Below, one piece after another: positions 48,802-58,452 of a stretch of DNA of 64,000 nucleotides (the stretch's first letter is position 1; the number at the start of each line of letters is the position of its first letter). The stretch comes from Candidatus Latescibacterota bacterium (GTDB lineage: Bacteria; Latescibacterota; UBA2968; UBA8231), in NCBI GenBank assembly GCA_965248265.1, contig CBDFJF010000001.1, positions 800,001 to 864,000 on the forward strand, given 5' to 3'. The notes beneath the pieces were generated by a model that saw only the letters and a program-made list of their open reading frames with translations, ran no database searches and had not been told where the DNA came from. A program made the position numbers and the translations under genes.

Positions 48802-49830
48802 GTGAAAGCAGCTGTTCGACAAGTGTACGGGCCTCCAGAAGTCTTGAAGCTCGAAGATGTTGCTACTCCGTCGCCATCGGATAGCGAGATCTTGATACGC
48901 GTCTGTGCCGCGTCGATCAACCTGGGTGACTGGGAGCTACTAACCGGACGTCCCCTTTTCATCAGCGTACTGGCTCACTTGTTTTCTCGTGAACAGCAGT
49001 ACAAATTCACGCCCACAAGCGTGACGGCGGAAAAGGGCGGCATCTTCCCACCCAAAGCCAAGATCCTAGGGACGGACATTGCAGGGCGTGTAGAAGCCGT
49101 GGGTAAGAGCGTCACTCAGTTTCAAGTGGACGACGAGGTCTTTGGGATGGCAGAGGGATTCGGTGCTTTTGCTGAATATGTGTGCGTCTCTGAGACGGCT
49201 CCGATGGTCAACAAACCCGCGAGTATGTCCTTTGAGCAAGCGGCGGCCCTACCGCAGGCAACACACATCGCCCTGCAAGCGATCCGTGACAAGGCGCAGG
49301 TTCAGCCCGACCAAACAGTTCTGATCAATGGTGCAGGTGGTGGTGCGGGAACTCTGGCCGTGCAGCTAGCCAAAATGTACGGCGCTGAAGTTGCCGGGGT
49401 TGACGGGCCTACGAAACTCGAGATGCTGAGATCAATTGGCGCGGATCACGTAATTGACTACACGCAGGTAGACTTCAATCGCAACGGGGAACGGTACGAC
49501 GTCATCCTCGACATGGCGGGGTACAGAAATGTATTTCGGTCTCGTCGGTCTTTGACTGCGTCCGGTATCTATCTTCTGGGTGGCGGGTCTGGTACGGCGA
49601 CCTGGCAGTCCGCGTTACTCGGGCCCGTAATCTCAACCTTGGGCAGCAGCAGGATAGCATTCCTTTTGGCCGAATCGCGGCGCGAAGACTTAGTTGATAT
49701 CGGAGAGCTGTTTGAAGAGGGTAAGGTGATACCGGTTGTCGATCGCTGTTACCCACCTTGTGATGCGGGAGAAGCTCTCCGGCGTGTGGGCGAAAAACAG
49801 GGAATTGGCAAAGTCATCATCGTCCCGTAG
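48802..49830 (+). CDS. Zn-independent MDR-family NAD(P)-dependent oxidoreductase
   Basis: YGPPEVL, ILGTDIAGRVEAVG, INGAGGGAG, GADHVIDY. Confidence 0.93.
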   Translation: MKAAVRQVYGPPEVLKLEDVATPSPSDSEILIRVCAASINLGDWELLTGRPLFISVLAHLFSREQQYKFTPTSVTAEKGGIFPPKAKILGTDIAGRVEAVGKSVTQFQVDDEVFGMAEGFGAFAEYVCVSETAPMVNKPASMSFEQAAALPQATHIALQAIRDKAQVQPDQTVLINGAGGGAGTLAVQLAKMYGAEVAGVDGPTKLEMLRSIGADHVIDYTQVDFNRNGERYDVILDMAGYRNVFRSRRSLTASGIYLLGGGSGTATWQSALLGPVISTLGSSRIAFLLAESRREDLVDIGELFEEGKVIPVVDRCYPPCDAGEALRRVGEKQGIGKVIIVP

Positions 49831-49894
49831 CGATGCTGACCGATTCTGATCGAAAGCAGACATTGGACGGCCGCTTAACTATGAGATATAAACT

Positions 49895-50040
49895 GGCCCC
49901 CTTCCATTCGCGTCGCGCTCGTGGTGGGGAAGGGTACGCAGGAGGATCAAAGATTCCTTGAGACAGTTGCGATCAACAGAGGAATCCCAATGAAGAACTT
50001 CACGGAGGAAGACAAGGCAATAGAATGGCTCAGCAGGTAA
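49895..50040 (+). pseudogene. SpoIIAA-like small protein C-terminal relic ending in an attC
   Basis: IRVALVV..RFLETVAINRGIPMKNFTEEDKAIEWLSR*; the stop lies inside the attC R''. Confidence 0.6.
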
Positions 50041-50153
50041 CAGGCAGTTTGTGCTTCAGTCGCCTCGCTCCTTCCGGCCTGACGGCAACCCCGGCTCCAC
50101 CGTCCATCCCAACCCCACTCACGCCGAGTTCACAAACTGCCGAGACGTTAAAG
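50035..50153 (+). other. attC-like site
   Basis: AGGTAAC-A-GGCAGTTTGTG ... CACAAACTGCC-GAGAC-GTTAAAG; perfect 11-bp inner stem; R'' deviates from RYYYAAC. Confidence 0.6.
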
Positions 50154-50218
50154 AAATTAAAAAGAACGAGTCGGAAGTTGCTGCGAGGACAGTGGGTCGA
50201 CCACGATCATGAGTCTTT

Positions 50219-50422
50219 TCAGATGCCTTGGTTCGTAGGGATAAACACATCTTCGATGTGTAACTCAAATGCCCCGGCGATCTTGAATGCCAACGGCAGA
50301 CTTGGGTCATACTTGCCGTTTTCAATAGAGTTGATCGTCTGTCGTGAGACATGCACAAGAGCGGCAAACTCTGCTTGCGAGAGATTTCTGCTTTTTCTCA
50401 GACTCCGGATTTCGTTTTTCAA
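50219..50422 (-). CDS. XRE/Cro-family HTH regulator
   Basis: LSQAEFA..VSRQTINSIENGKYDPSLPLAFKIA; TTG start overlaps the upstream stop. Confidence 0.92.
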   Translation of the reverse strand: MKNEIRSLRKSRNLSQAEFAALVHVSRQTINSIENGKYDPSLPLAFKIAGAFELHIEDVFIPTNQGI

Positions 50423-50799
50423 CGATACCTCCACTGAATAATCCTTAAGGAGATACCCCAAGTCCCAATCATGAAAGGGAAAACCCAAATAAGCGAAATA
50501 CGGCTAAGGCCAGCATGCTCTTCGAGAATACCGTACAGCATGGAGACCAAACCCGTGACGACAATGGCTATGCCAAAGCTCAGATGTGTGATCCGTTGCT
50601 GCAGCTCGTCCATTCGACTCAGCTCTCGTATGAAGGCAATGGTAGCGAGAACGATTGGCACGCCGGACGAAAGTAGGACAGGTATCAACCATGAGGAGTC
50701 GGGATAAGCAAAGCGAAATTTGACGGAACCGAAAATGGTCAGGCCGTAGAGGAGCATCGAGCCCCCGAACTCGAAAAAGTATCTTCTTGAGTTGAACAT
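50419..50799 (-). CDS. 4-TM membrane protein co-transcribed with the HTH gene
   Basis: Hydrophobic helices; MDELQQRI motif. Confidence 0.85.
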   Translation of the reverse strand: MFNSRRYFFEFGGSMLLYGLTIFGSVKFRFAYPDSSWLIPVLLSSGVPIVLATIAFIRELSRMDELQQRITHLSFGIAIVVTGLVSMLYGILEEHAGLSRISLIWVFPFMIGTWGISLRIIQWRYR

Positions 50800-50822
50800 A
50801 CCCTGTGTCTCCTGTCAGAAAA

Positions 50823-50886
50823 TGTAAAGGTTCCTTGACATATAGAATGAGCGCTTTAGCATCTGGTTTGTCAAGGAAGTTTGACA
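50823..50886. promoter_or_regulatory. Two 18-bp palindromic operators
   Basis: TGTAAAGGTTCCTTGACA (50823-50840) and TGTCAAGGAAGTTTGACA (50869-50886); the second contains a minus-strand TTGACA. Confidence 0.7.
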
Positions 50887-51001
50887 TTCAAACTGAGGCA
50901 GGCACTAACGAAACTTCGTTTAACAGCATGGTTCACGCTGCGGCGCTACCGCGCCTGGGCTTACGGCGATCCAACTGCCCCATTGGGCAAGTCCCCGACT
51001 T

Positions 51002-52369
51002 TCAACGCCTCGTCCAACCGACCTCGCCGCCGGTCGCAGGTAAGCCAGTCGCGTTCTTGGCTGCGGTGATTTCCGCCATGCCGTACAGGTCGCCGCTGCG
51101 TTCGAGGAGCACACCCGCCGAGCCATCCGGAAACCTGAAGAACCGAGGTTCTGGTCTGCCCACCACCAGCTCTGTGAGACTCGTCGGTTGCAGGGCGTCG
51201 TCCAGGAGATTGACCCGGAGCACGTCCGGGGGAATGCCAGCCGTTGTGTCCCTAACCGTGTAGACGGTGCCGGAGATCAGATCGCCGAAGAGGATATCGA
51301 TCGACCTGAAGGACACGGAGCTGCCAACCGGCCCCGTAGCAGCTACATAAGCTTGAGTCTCGCGTCCCCACTGCGCGAGCGGTTGAATGAACCCCGCTTC
51401 GCCGACGGGAGCCTCATCCACCGCATTGCCGCTCGAATCGATATAGAACATCCCCTCCCTGACCCGTCCGTCCGCAGCATTCCGACCCCAGCCGAAATTC
51501 TCGATCGTAGCGGTATCCAACAGATCAGACAGCAGGACTCGGTTCAACTCTTCGGCAATGTCCTTGCCAATGTCTACGAACTCTACATACGAATTCCCAT
51601 CCCGCTGAGAGACTTCAAGCCTCTGCACGTTTCGTATACCCTTGGCCAGAATGGTCCAGTCTCCGGTTTGAGAGTCAATCCGAACGATCTTGCCCAGATG
51701 TGAGATATCGTCCTGGGGGAACGTGCGCCCGTCCTCGAAAGGGGCAGCGTTGTCGCCAACGGCCAGCAGGATCGAACCATCGTCCAGTACGACAAGTCCC
51801 CCACTCTTGTGACCGTTGGGATTGAGTTCAAAAGCTCGAATGGGCCGCGGATCGGAAAGGCTCGTGCCATCAAAGTCGTAGCTGTAAATGACCTGGTAGG
51901 CGGAGCCATCGGCTCTTGGCGAAACGGCCACCGGTATCCCCCCGGGTGTCGTGGAAGAGATAAAGACCACATAAAGGAGGTCACCCGCATGATTCGGGGC
52001 AGCATTGAGAATCCGCTCAGTGGCCAGCGACGGTTCCGCAGGTGCATCTTCGGGGGTCAGCAGCGTGTAGATGGCACCGTTCACATCCCGCCGATAAAGG
52101 AAACCCTCCTGGTCGATCAGGATCAGGTCACCGCCGACCGCAACCGGCGACGTGGCGTTGGTTCTCTTCCCCCAGGCACTGCTCGCGGGCATGGTGCCCG
52201 AGTATGTCAGGCGGATGTAGATGTCTGAATCATCGACGGCCGCCGGTATCAAGGGGGCAGGCGGCCGATCAGCCCTTACCAGACCACCCGACTTTTCCCC
52301 GGTGCCACAATTCGGAAGGCCTGCGAGTAGTGCAATGACGGAGACAAGGCCTAATAGGCGTGTTCTCAT
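51002..52369 (-). CDS. Glucose/sorbosone (PQQ-type) dehydrogenase-like beta-propeller lipoprotein
   Basis: Signal with LPNC; HKSGGL..DDGSILLAVGD, GKIVRID, KGIRN, NFGW. Confidence 0.75.
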   Translation of the reverse strand: MRTRLLGLVSVIALLAGLPNCGTGEKSGGLVRADRPPAPLIPAAVDDSDIYIRLTYSGTMPASSAWGKRTNATSPVAVGGDLILIDQEGFLYRRDVNGAIYTLLTPEDAPAEPSLATERILNAAPNHAGDLLYVVFISSTTPGGIPVAVSPRADGSAYQVIYSYDFDGTSLSDPRPIRAFELNPNGHKSGGLVVLDDGSILLAVGDNAAPFEDGRTFPQDDISHLGKIVRIDSQTGDWTILAKGIRNVQRLEVSQRDGNSYVEFVDIGKDIAEELNRVLLSDLLDTATIENFGWGRNAADGRVREGMFYIDSSGNAVDEAPVGEAGFIQPLAQWGRETQAYVAATGPVGSSVSFRSIDILFGDLISGTVYTVRDTTAGIPPDVLRVNLLDDALQPTSLTELVVGRPEPRFFRFPDGSAGVLLERSGDLYGMAEITAAKNATGLPATGGEVGWTRR

Positions 52370-53435
52370 GATTGAACTATGTACCAATGAGAAGGACTCG
52401 TCGCTTCGTATACCCACGTTGTCCTGATCTGATCGACACCATTACTCCCCAATCACAGCTATTGGCTCTTGCCCCACGCCCCGTCTCGCGTCCTTGAGCA
52501 AAACAGACTTTCTGTGCAAACCTGATTTTAGCACGCATTGCATTACCCAGGCTCAATCCTTGCCCGTAAATGTACGGATATCCCTATCCCCTTGAACTGG
52601 ATATATTGCTTCCGGGCTCGATGTGGCAGCATACGACGTGGCACTATGAAAGTATTAGGTTGGACGCTTGCATAGTCGGCGGTAGATAAGCACAGCACTC
52701 CTTCGCCACGCCTTGACGCTCTACCACCACGGACTAACTCGTCACTATGGCTGGCTGCGTACCCAAACTCACCGTAATACCCGACCCACCCGTCGAACTC
52801 TGGCTCCATCACGAGGACGGCAGCTGGACCCAGTTCGATCTGTTGGGCAGGCCGCAGTAGTACTTCGAGCCATGTTCGGACGATGGCGTGTTGGGGTGGG
52901 CCTTGAGTCATGCGAAGGGGTCAGTCACCTCCTTAGGTTTCGGTAGCAGCAACGCCATTTCGTCCGCGCAGATGACGCCGATTTCGAAGCCAGCACGCCG
53001 CCGGGCAGCTCACCGGGGTCGTGGGTCCGCCAGTGCTGCAGACCGGGGAGCAGCTCATCCATAGCCGTCTTGTTGCGTGCGACACTCACGTGTGCGAAAC
53101 CTACAAAATCCAGGGGCCGAACAACAAACCGCCGGGGCACGTAGACACCACCGACAAAGCTTGAGCCCACTTTCGGCCCTCCTTGGCTTCCTGATAGTCA
53201 ATGGCCGCTAATGATGAGGATATCCGAAGTACGAGCCCGATTGGCCGCGCTGTTTTCCGCGAGCGCTGTCCCCTACCTGTGCGCCGGAGCCCTGAGCGTG
53301 GGCTTTGAGAAGGGTGAAGAGAATTTTATCTTCACGCAGGAAGTGATGGGCGTCGCGAAGGCGTGTATCAAGGCGGAGGAGTCGGCGAGTAGAGGCGGAG
53401 AGTTTCTGAGAATCGAATAGAAAGGGCGCTGCATT

Positions 53436-55031
53436 ATGAACCGGGATCCCAACATCTTCCTCGAAGCCGTCGAGACCCACGTCGCCACGGCGATCGAGCA
53501 TTGCCGCGACCGCTGGGGCCACGACACCGGGTTGCTCGCGGACGGGTACTCGCTATCCGACGCGGCGCCGCGGCGCTGGGAGGATGCGGTCGTCTCCAAT
53601 CTGAGTTGCCAGCAGAATCTGCTCCGTGCACTAGATGGGCTCGTCGCCGTGCGCGGCGCTGATTCGGGGGAGCGCAACGCCTCCGAGGAGTGGATCGGCA
53701 GCGCCCTCAGGCGACTCGTCAACGATGACAGTGACTTGCTCTACTGGGGTGGTCACTCCGCGTGGGACCTGGCGTCAGAGCGGCCGTTGCGCGGCAATCA
53801 CGAGCTCAAGTGCGCCTACCCTTTTTACGACTTCCTGTATCGCACTGATGCTGGCGTCGTGACCCGCTTCGTCGACGCTCTCTGGCATGCGCACATCCGG
53901 GACTGGTCGAGCCTGCTGTTCAATCGCCACGGAGAGTACGAGCCGTGGGATCGGACCATCCGCTGGCGCGAAGGTGTCTTCGCCAGTACCGAGCTACCGA
54001 TTGTCGAGAACACATCGCTTTCTTTCATCAATACAGGTTCGGATCTCATCTATGCGGCGAGCGAGATCTACCGCCTGACGGGTGAGCGCGCCCCCTTCCA
54101 ATGGGCGCTCCATCTGCTTTCCCGTTATGAGTCGATCCGCCATCCGCAGACCGGTCTGGCCGGCTACCAGTTCAACCACCGTGAGCCCTGTCGCGTGCGG
54201 CAGTCCTTCACAGGCGCCCTCGGCGAAGACCTCCGGGTCAATGAAACCACCGTCATCGGCAACTACGTCATCGGCACGCGCTACGGCCGCGTCGCTGTCA
54301 CTCTCTTGAACATAGCCGAGGCGTTTGCCAATGCTGACCAGCTCGACGCAGAGGAGGCGGCGCCGTTGATAAGCTTGGTGAGCCGCGACCTGCGGGCTCT
54401 GACAGCGCACTGTTGGTCAGATGAGGAGGGGTACTTCCAACCAGCTCTCAACGATGGCACCCGGCTGACACCGGAGCACACTGCGGACGTCGGCTACTGC
54501 CAGCCTGTGAAACTGAGACCCTTACAGGCGAACGGCCTCCTCTTCCTCGCCTATGCGCGCGCTTTCCACGTCACCAGCGAGGACGAGTTCCACATGATGG
54601 CCCTACGCTTGGGCGAGGCGATGGGGTGGGGACGACTGGATGAAGGCGCGGTCGATTTCCGGGCCCTACCGCGGGTGACGCCGCACACGATGGATCGCTC
54701 CGTAATGGGTTCTGAGGATGGACGTGCCCATGGTGGGCAGAACGATGTCTGCGCACTGGAGGGTGTGCTCGATCTGTATCGAGCCACCGGTGAGGGCGAT
54801 CTGCTGCAATCGGCGATCTCCCTCGGACAGCGTATAGCCGACGATCAGGTGATAGACGGTCTGTTCGCGTCCGTCGGGAGTGGGCGGGATGACACCACCG
54901 GGATCGATAGCGCCGCCCCTGTCGCCTTGATGCGACTCGCAGATGCGATTGCCGGCAATGACACTGCAATCCCTGTCTTCTATCCAAACGTCAGCCAGTT
55001 CGACCCGAAGGTCATCATCGCTCGGCGGTAG
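53436..55031 (+). CDS. Polysaccharide lyase family 2 (PelW/PelY-like), no signal peptide
   Basis: SNLSCQQNLLR, LYWGGH, HELK..YPFY, WHAHIRDW..FNRHG, LSFINTGSDLIYAA, HPQTGLAGYQF. Confidence 0.82.
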   Translation: MNRDPNIFLEAVETHVATAIEHCRDRWGHDTGLLADGYSLSDAAPRRWEDAVVSNLSCQQNLLRALDGLVAVRGADSGERNASEEWIGSALRRLVNDDSDLLYWGGHSAWDLASERPLRGNHELKCAYPFYDFLYRTDAGVVTRFVDALWHAHIRDWSSLLFNRHGEYEPWDRTIRWREGVFASTELPIVENTSLSFINTGSDLIYAASEIYRLTGERAPFQWALHLLSRYESIRHPQTGLAGYQFNHREPCRVRQSFTGALGEDLRVNETTVIGNYVIGTRYGRVAVTLLNIAEAFANADQLDAEEAAPLISLVSRDLRALTAHCWSDEEGYFQPALNDGTRLTPEHTADVGYCQPVKLRPLQANGLLFLAYARAFHVTSEDEFHMMALRLGEAMGWGRLDEGAVDFRALPRVTPHTMDRSVMGSEDGRAHGGQNDVCALEGVLDLYRATGEGDLLQSAISLGQRIADDQVIDGLFASVGSGRDDTTGIDSAAPVALMRLADAIAGNDTAIPVFYPNVSQFDPKVIIARR

Positions 55032-55192
55032 CGCAGCTGTCGCCCGGCGGACCGTCGTCGATGTGGGCGCGCCTTGAGGCGTCTGCTGGACGGCGCCCAA
55101 CGTGCTACACAAACTGAATCCCGGATTGACCTGGCGGGAAATCGGGCCGGATGCTCCGAGGCGCTCGTCAGAGGCGAAGAAGTGCCAGTCGG

Positions 55193-56395
55193 TCACTGGC
55201 TGGCAGTCTGGAAGCGCTCCCACGCTTCGCCGGCCGCCGCGGCCTGGTGTTCCAGCTCAGTGCGCCAACCAACAACTTCCCCGGCTTTGATGCGAGCGAT
55301 ATCAAAGCTGGCATAACGATCTTCGAGGGTATCGCCCAGCTTCTGGGTTTCAGCCCATCGATCCCACGCTGTCTTCATCCACTCGTGTGGCAGAGCGTCC
55401 CGCACGGCGGGATCGAGTTGCCAGGCGGTTCGCGCATCAGCCACCGATGGCTCCTCCGTGGACGGGCCCGACCACTTCGACCAACCGACTACGAGGGTAT
55501 TGCGCTCGCGATGCGGGACAGCGTGCCCGGTGTGGACGGTGGCTCCATTGCGGATGAGTGCCTCTCCGGCCTTGATTCTGATCGCGACCTGGCCTGGCAA
55601 CGGGTCGTTCCCATTCCAACTGGGTGTGTGCGGTACCCCTTTGTCCTTCATCGTCTGCGGGAGGAGCACGTCATGTTCGAGCGGCGTGCGCCAGCGATGG
55701 TGGCTACCCGGTATGAGCTCGTGGGCCTCGTCGTCGGCCAGGGCCAGGAACATGCTCACGCCGTTGCGCTCCTCAATCGACTTGAGGTTATCCGCGCGGA
55801 TTTCTTCCCACCGGCGTTTCTCGGTCTCCTCGGAGTAGTCCTCAGGGTCTTCGCCGCGGTCGTCCCGCTGCGAAAAATAGCTCTTCCCGGTGCCCCACCA
55901 CGTCACGTCCCGGTGCCAACTGGGCCCATTCTCATGCAGCCGGGGATTACACCACAGGAGCATGGAGCCCATTGCCAATTCCTCGGGACCAAGCCCGTCA
56001 CACCAGGAGTTGACGAAGCTGAGGAATTCCGGCGAGCCATGGAACTGGGCAAAGCTGGGCTCTTTGAATGCGGGATGGATGAGGCCGCGGATTGCCCAGG
56101 GCTCCTCCTCTTTCGCGCGGTGCACGTAGCCTTTGGAGCAGTCGATCTTGCTGTAGCCACGCTGCGGAGCGCAGGCCTCGGTGACGCGACGACCCGCCTC
56201 TCGCAGGATGGGAATCCACGGGCTGCCGACAAAGTCGGTGATGATGACAAAACCGTGCTCCCGCAGGTGGGCAAGCCTTTCCGGCGTGGCTCCGGGAGCA
56301 GCGAGCTCGGGCTTGGAGTCGGCGAAAGCTGACGCGCGATAGGGCGCTGAGACCGGCTCAGGCTCCGCCGGCGACAGTGACTGATTGCTGTTCAT
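55193..56395 (-). CDS. PhyH family Fe/2OG dioxygenase with C-terminal extension
   Basis: LREHGFVII, WHRD, LIPGSH, AGEALI..VHTG..R. Confidence 0.85.
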   Translation of the reverse strand: MNSNQSLSPAEPEPVSAPYRASAFADSKPELAAPGATPERLAHLREHGFVIITDFVGSPWIPILREAGRRVTEACAPQRGYSKIDCSKGYVHRAKEEEPWAIRGLIHPAFKEPSFAQFHGSPEFLSFVNSWCDGLGPEELAMGSMLLWCNPRLHENGPSWHRDVTWWGTGKSYFSQRDDRGEDPEDYSEETEKRRWEEIRADNLKSIEERNGVSMFLALADDEAHELIPGSHHRWRTPLEHDVLLPQTMKDKGVPHTPSWNGNDPLPGQVAIRIKAGEALIRNGATVHTGHAVPHRERNTLVVGWSKWSGPSTEEPSVADARTAWQLDPAVRDALPHEWMKTAWDRWAETQKLGDTLEDRYASFDIARIKAGEVVGWRTELEHQAAAAGEAWERFQTASQ

Positions 56396-56444
56396 GCTAA
56401 TCCCTATGAGGAACCCTCATATATGATGAAGCGGCAAGCATTGT

Positions 56445-56790
56445 GGCTATCCGGTTGACTCACCATCATACAACATGTTGTATGTGGTCGGTTCGTGTTG
56501 GCTGGCGAGTCCCAGGAGCGACTGAAAGGCGGCCATCGGTGCGCGTCGGCGATTGAAACGGAATACGTATTCGTCGAGGTAACGCTGCAGGTGTTGCTCA
56601 CCGACGCCGTGGTGCGTACCAACCAACCATGTCTTGAGGTTCGAGAACACCCTGTGGACGCGCGGGAAGTGCTTAGCTGCGTTCTTTCCGTGTCGTTGCA
56701 GTTGAACCGCAGAAATGCCTGGCGTGTGGGTGGCGACCAAGCTCCACCACCATATACTACATTGTGGTGTGGTGAGTCAACCGGATAGGC
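56445..56790 (-). mobile_element. IS1595-family internally deleted element (346 bp)
   Basis: 21-bp IRs G(G/C)CTATCCGGTTGACTCACCA; PGISAVQLQR fused to VHRVFSNLKTWLVGTHHGV..HLQRYLDEYVFRFNRR. Confidence 0.85.
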
Positions 56791-56886
56791 AGAAAGGGCC
56801 TATCATCGGGCTGCCGAGCGATTAGCTGTTCGATAATCCGATGGTCAAGGTGTCATTCCCACCCGCTGTTTTCGGAGTACATTAGT

Positions 56887-57065
56887 TTGACATGGCTGGC
56901 CAGCCGGTGGTAGCCCTCGTGAGAGGTTCGCGCGGGGCCGGCACGCACTCCGTGCACTGGGATGGCCGCGACGATGACGGCCGCGAGCTGGCCTCTGGCG
57001 TTTACCTGTACCGGCTGGTCGCCGCGGGGCAGGTCGAGACTCGCAAACTGCTGCTCGTACGTTGA
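56887..57065 (+). pseudogene. Isolated FlgD-Ig/T9SS-like C-terminal domain relic
   Basis: FDMAGQPVVALV..HWDGRDDDGRELASGVYLYRL..VETRKLLLVR*; preceded by an in-frame stop. Confidence 0.75.
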
Positions 57066-57158
57066 GCAGAGCGTGGCGGTAATCACCTGACCAATGTAGG
57101 CACCCGGCGAGGTTGCGGCGCATTTATTGATTAATACACTCAAGATGGGGGAAAAATC

Positions 57159-57956
57159 TTGACACGAATTATCTTAACAATAGCTCTTGGCGTATCACTC
57201 ACCACCCAGCTATTCGCTGGCGAAAGTCACGAGCACAAGTCTGATGGGGGGACATGTGAGAGCTTTGGTCCGCAGACTCCACGCGATATCGATAGTGTTG
57301 AAGGCGAAAACAGTATCACATTTCCCCTGGCTCCACTTGCTTCAAGCATGAGTTTGTGCAACATACATTTCCACCAAAATGCGGAGCATAAGGCGAACGA
57401 CTTTTCCATCTATGCCGGTGAAGGCCATGATGGCTATGGTAGTGGTTATCAGTGCAGTATGAGTAGTAGCCTTAGCAAAGCAGAATTAACACCAACCCAA
57501 GGGAAAATCTGTAGTGGCGAACATGGCGATTTGCAACCAGGTGACACAATTGAGGTGCATTGGGTGCACTCCACCTGCGACGTACAACCAGGGCCTACGC
57601 TTGGCGCTTGTGTATCTGAGGCTTGTGCCAATCCAGAACTGCGCGTAGAGACTCAGGTATTCACTTTGGTAAACGATCCAAATGCTCTCAAATTCAAGGA
57701 ATTGAAACTGGCTGAGGATTTACCTAAAGATACTGGCAAACCGGTTGAGTTCCTTGGTTCTACAACGGGGCCTAAGTTCTCGGACCAGGTCTGCTCTCCA
57801 TATCAGGTGACTTGGAGTGTTCGTCCAAAGTGTGCCAAGCTTGATATTAATTCCGTAGGTGAATGGTGCAAAGGCAATGTCTTCAAAGAAGATCATGCGC
57901 ACGGTGTTCGTAAACTAGTTACCAATCCCAAATTGCTCTCCAATATTAAGAAGTAG
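57159..57956 (+). CDS. Secreted delta-class carbonic anhydrase (low GC)
   Basis: Signal peptide; GPQTPRDID, CNIHFHQNAEHK, PGDTIEVHWVHS, GSTTGP, CSPYQVTW, HAHGVR. Confidence 0.85.
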   Translation: MTRIILTIALGVSLTTQLFAGESHEHKSDGGTCESFGPQTPRDIDSVEGENSITFPLAPLASSMSLCNIHFHQNAEHKANDFSIYAGEGHDGYGSGYQCSMSSSLSKAELTPTQGKICSGEHGDLQPGDTIEVHWVHSTCDVQPGPTLGACVSEACANPELRVETQVFTLVNDPNALKFKELKLAEDLPKDTGKPVEFLGSTTGPKFSDQVCSPYQVTWSVRPKCAKLDINSVGEWCKGNVFKEDHAHGVRKLVTNPKLLSNIKK

Positions 57957-58019
57957 ATTGTGGATTAAGGTCAAATACGCCAGCGTACCGCAAGGGACAA
58001 TCACCCGGGAGACAACGTT

Positions 58020-58352
58020 ATGAGAGCGCTTGAACCCGCAGTGGCTATGCTCTGCCTCGCAATCGTCGTCACCTGTTCCGACCAGCCACCCTCAGTATCA
58101 GATGGTCCGGGAGTAAGGGAGAATCTATATATCATCGTCGACACAGACGGGAAGGCCTACCTGAACGGTGAGGCGATCACCCTCGCGGAGATGGAGAGGA
58201 GGGTGGCGGACAGCGCGTCGAGAGATAGGACAACCCTCATAATCATCCAGGGTGAGAGTAGGGGTGGCTTGGTTCATCCTATTCCGGCGAATCATGATAC
58301 GATGACGGAGTCGCGAGTTGGGTCCTCACAGCAACCCAACAGAACCCCCTAG
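58020..58352 (+). CDS. ExbD/TolR periplasmic-domain-like protein (possibly a relic)
   Basis: IIVDTDGKAYLNGEAITLAEM..LIIIQGE; lipoprotein-like N-terminus instead of the ExbD TM helix. Confidence 0.5.
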   Translation: MRALEPAVAMLCLAIVVTCSDQPPSVSDGPGVRENLYIIVDTDGKAYLNGEAITLAEMERRVADSASRDRTTLIIIQGESRGGLVHPIPANHDTMTESRVGSSQQPNRTP

Positions 58353-58452
58353 GAGTTGAAGGTCGAGATCAGCATCAACCCGCCCGTCGGACAGGTAATC
58401 CGACGATCGCCAATAAGGCCCAAGAGGAATTCGATGTCAGAGCGAGGATGAC

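Noticed and set aside
52430-53420. Intact genes in this spacer
   Set aside because: Only short, unconvincing frames; possibly oxidoreductase or other scraps that I cannot assign
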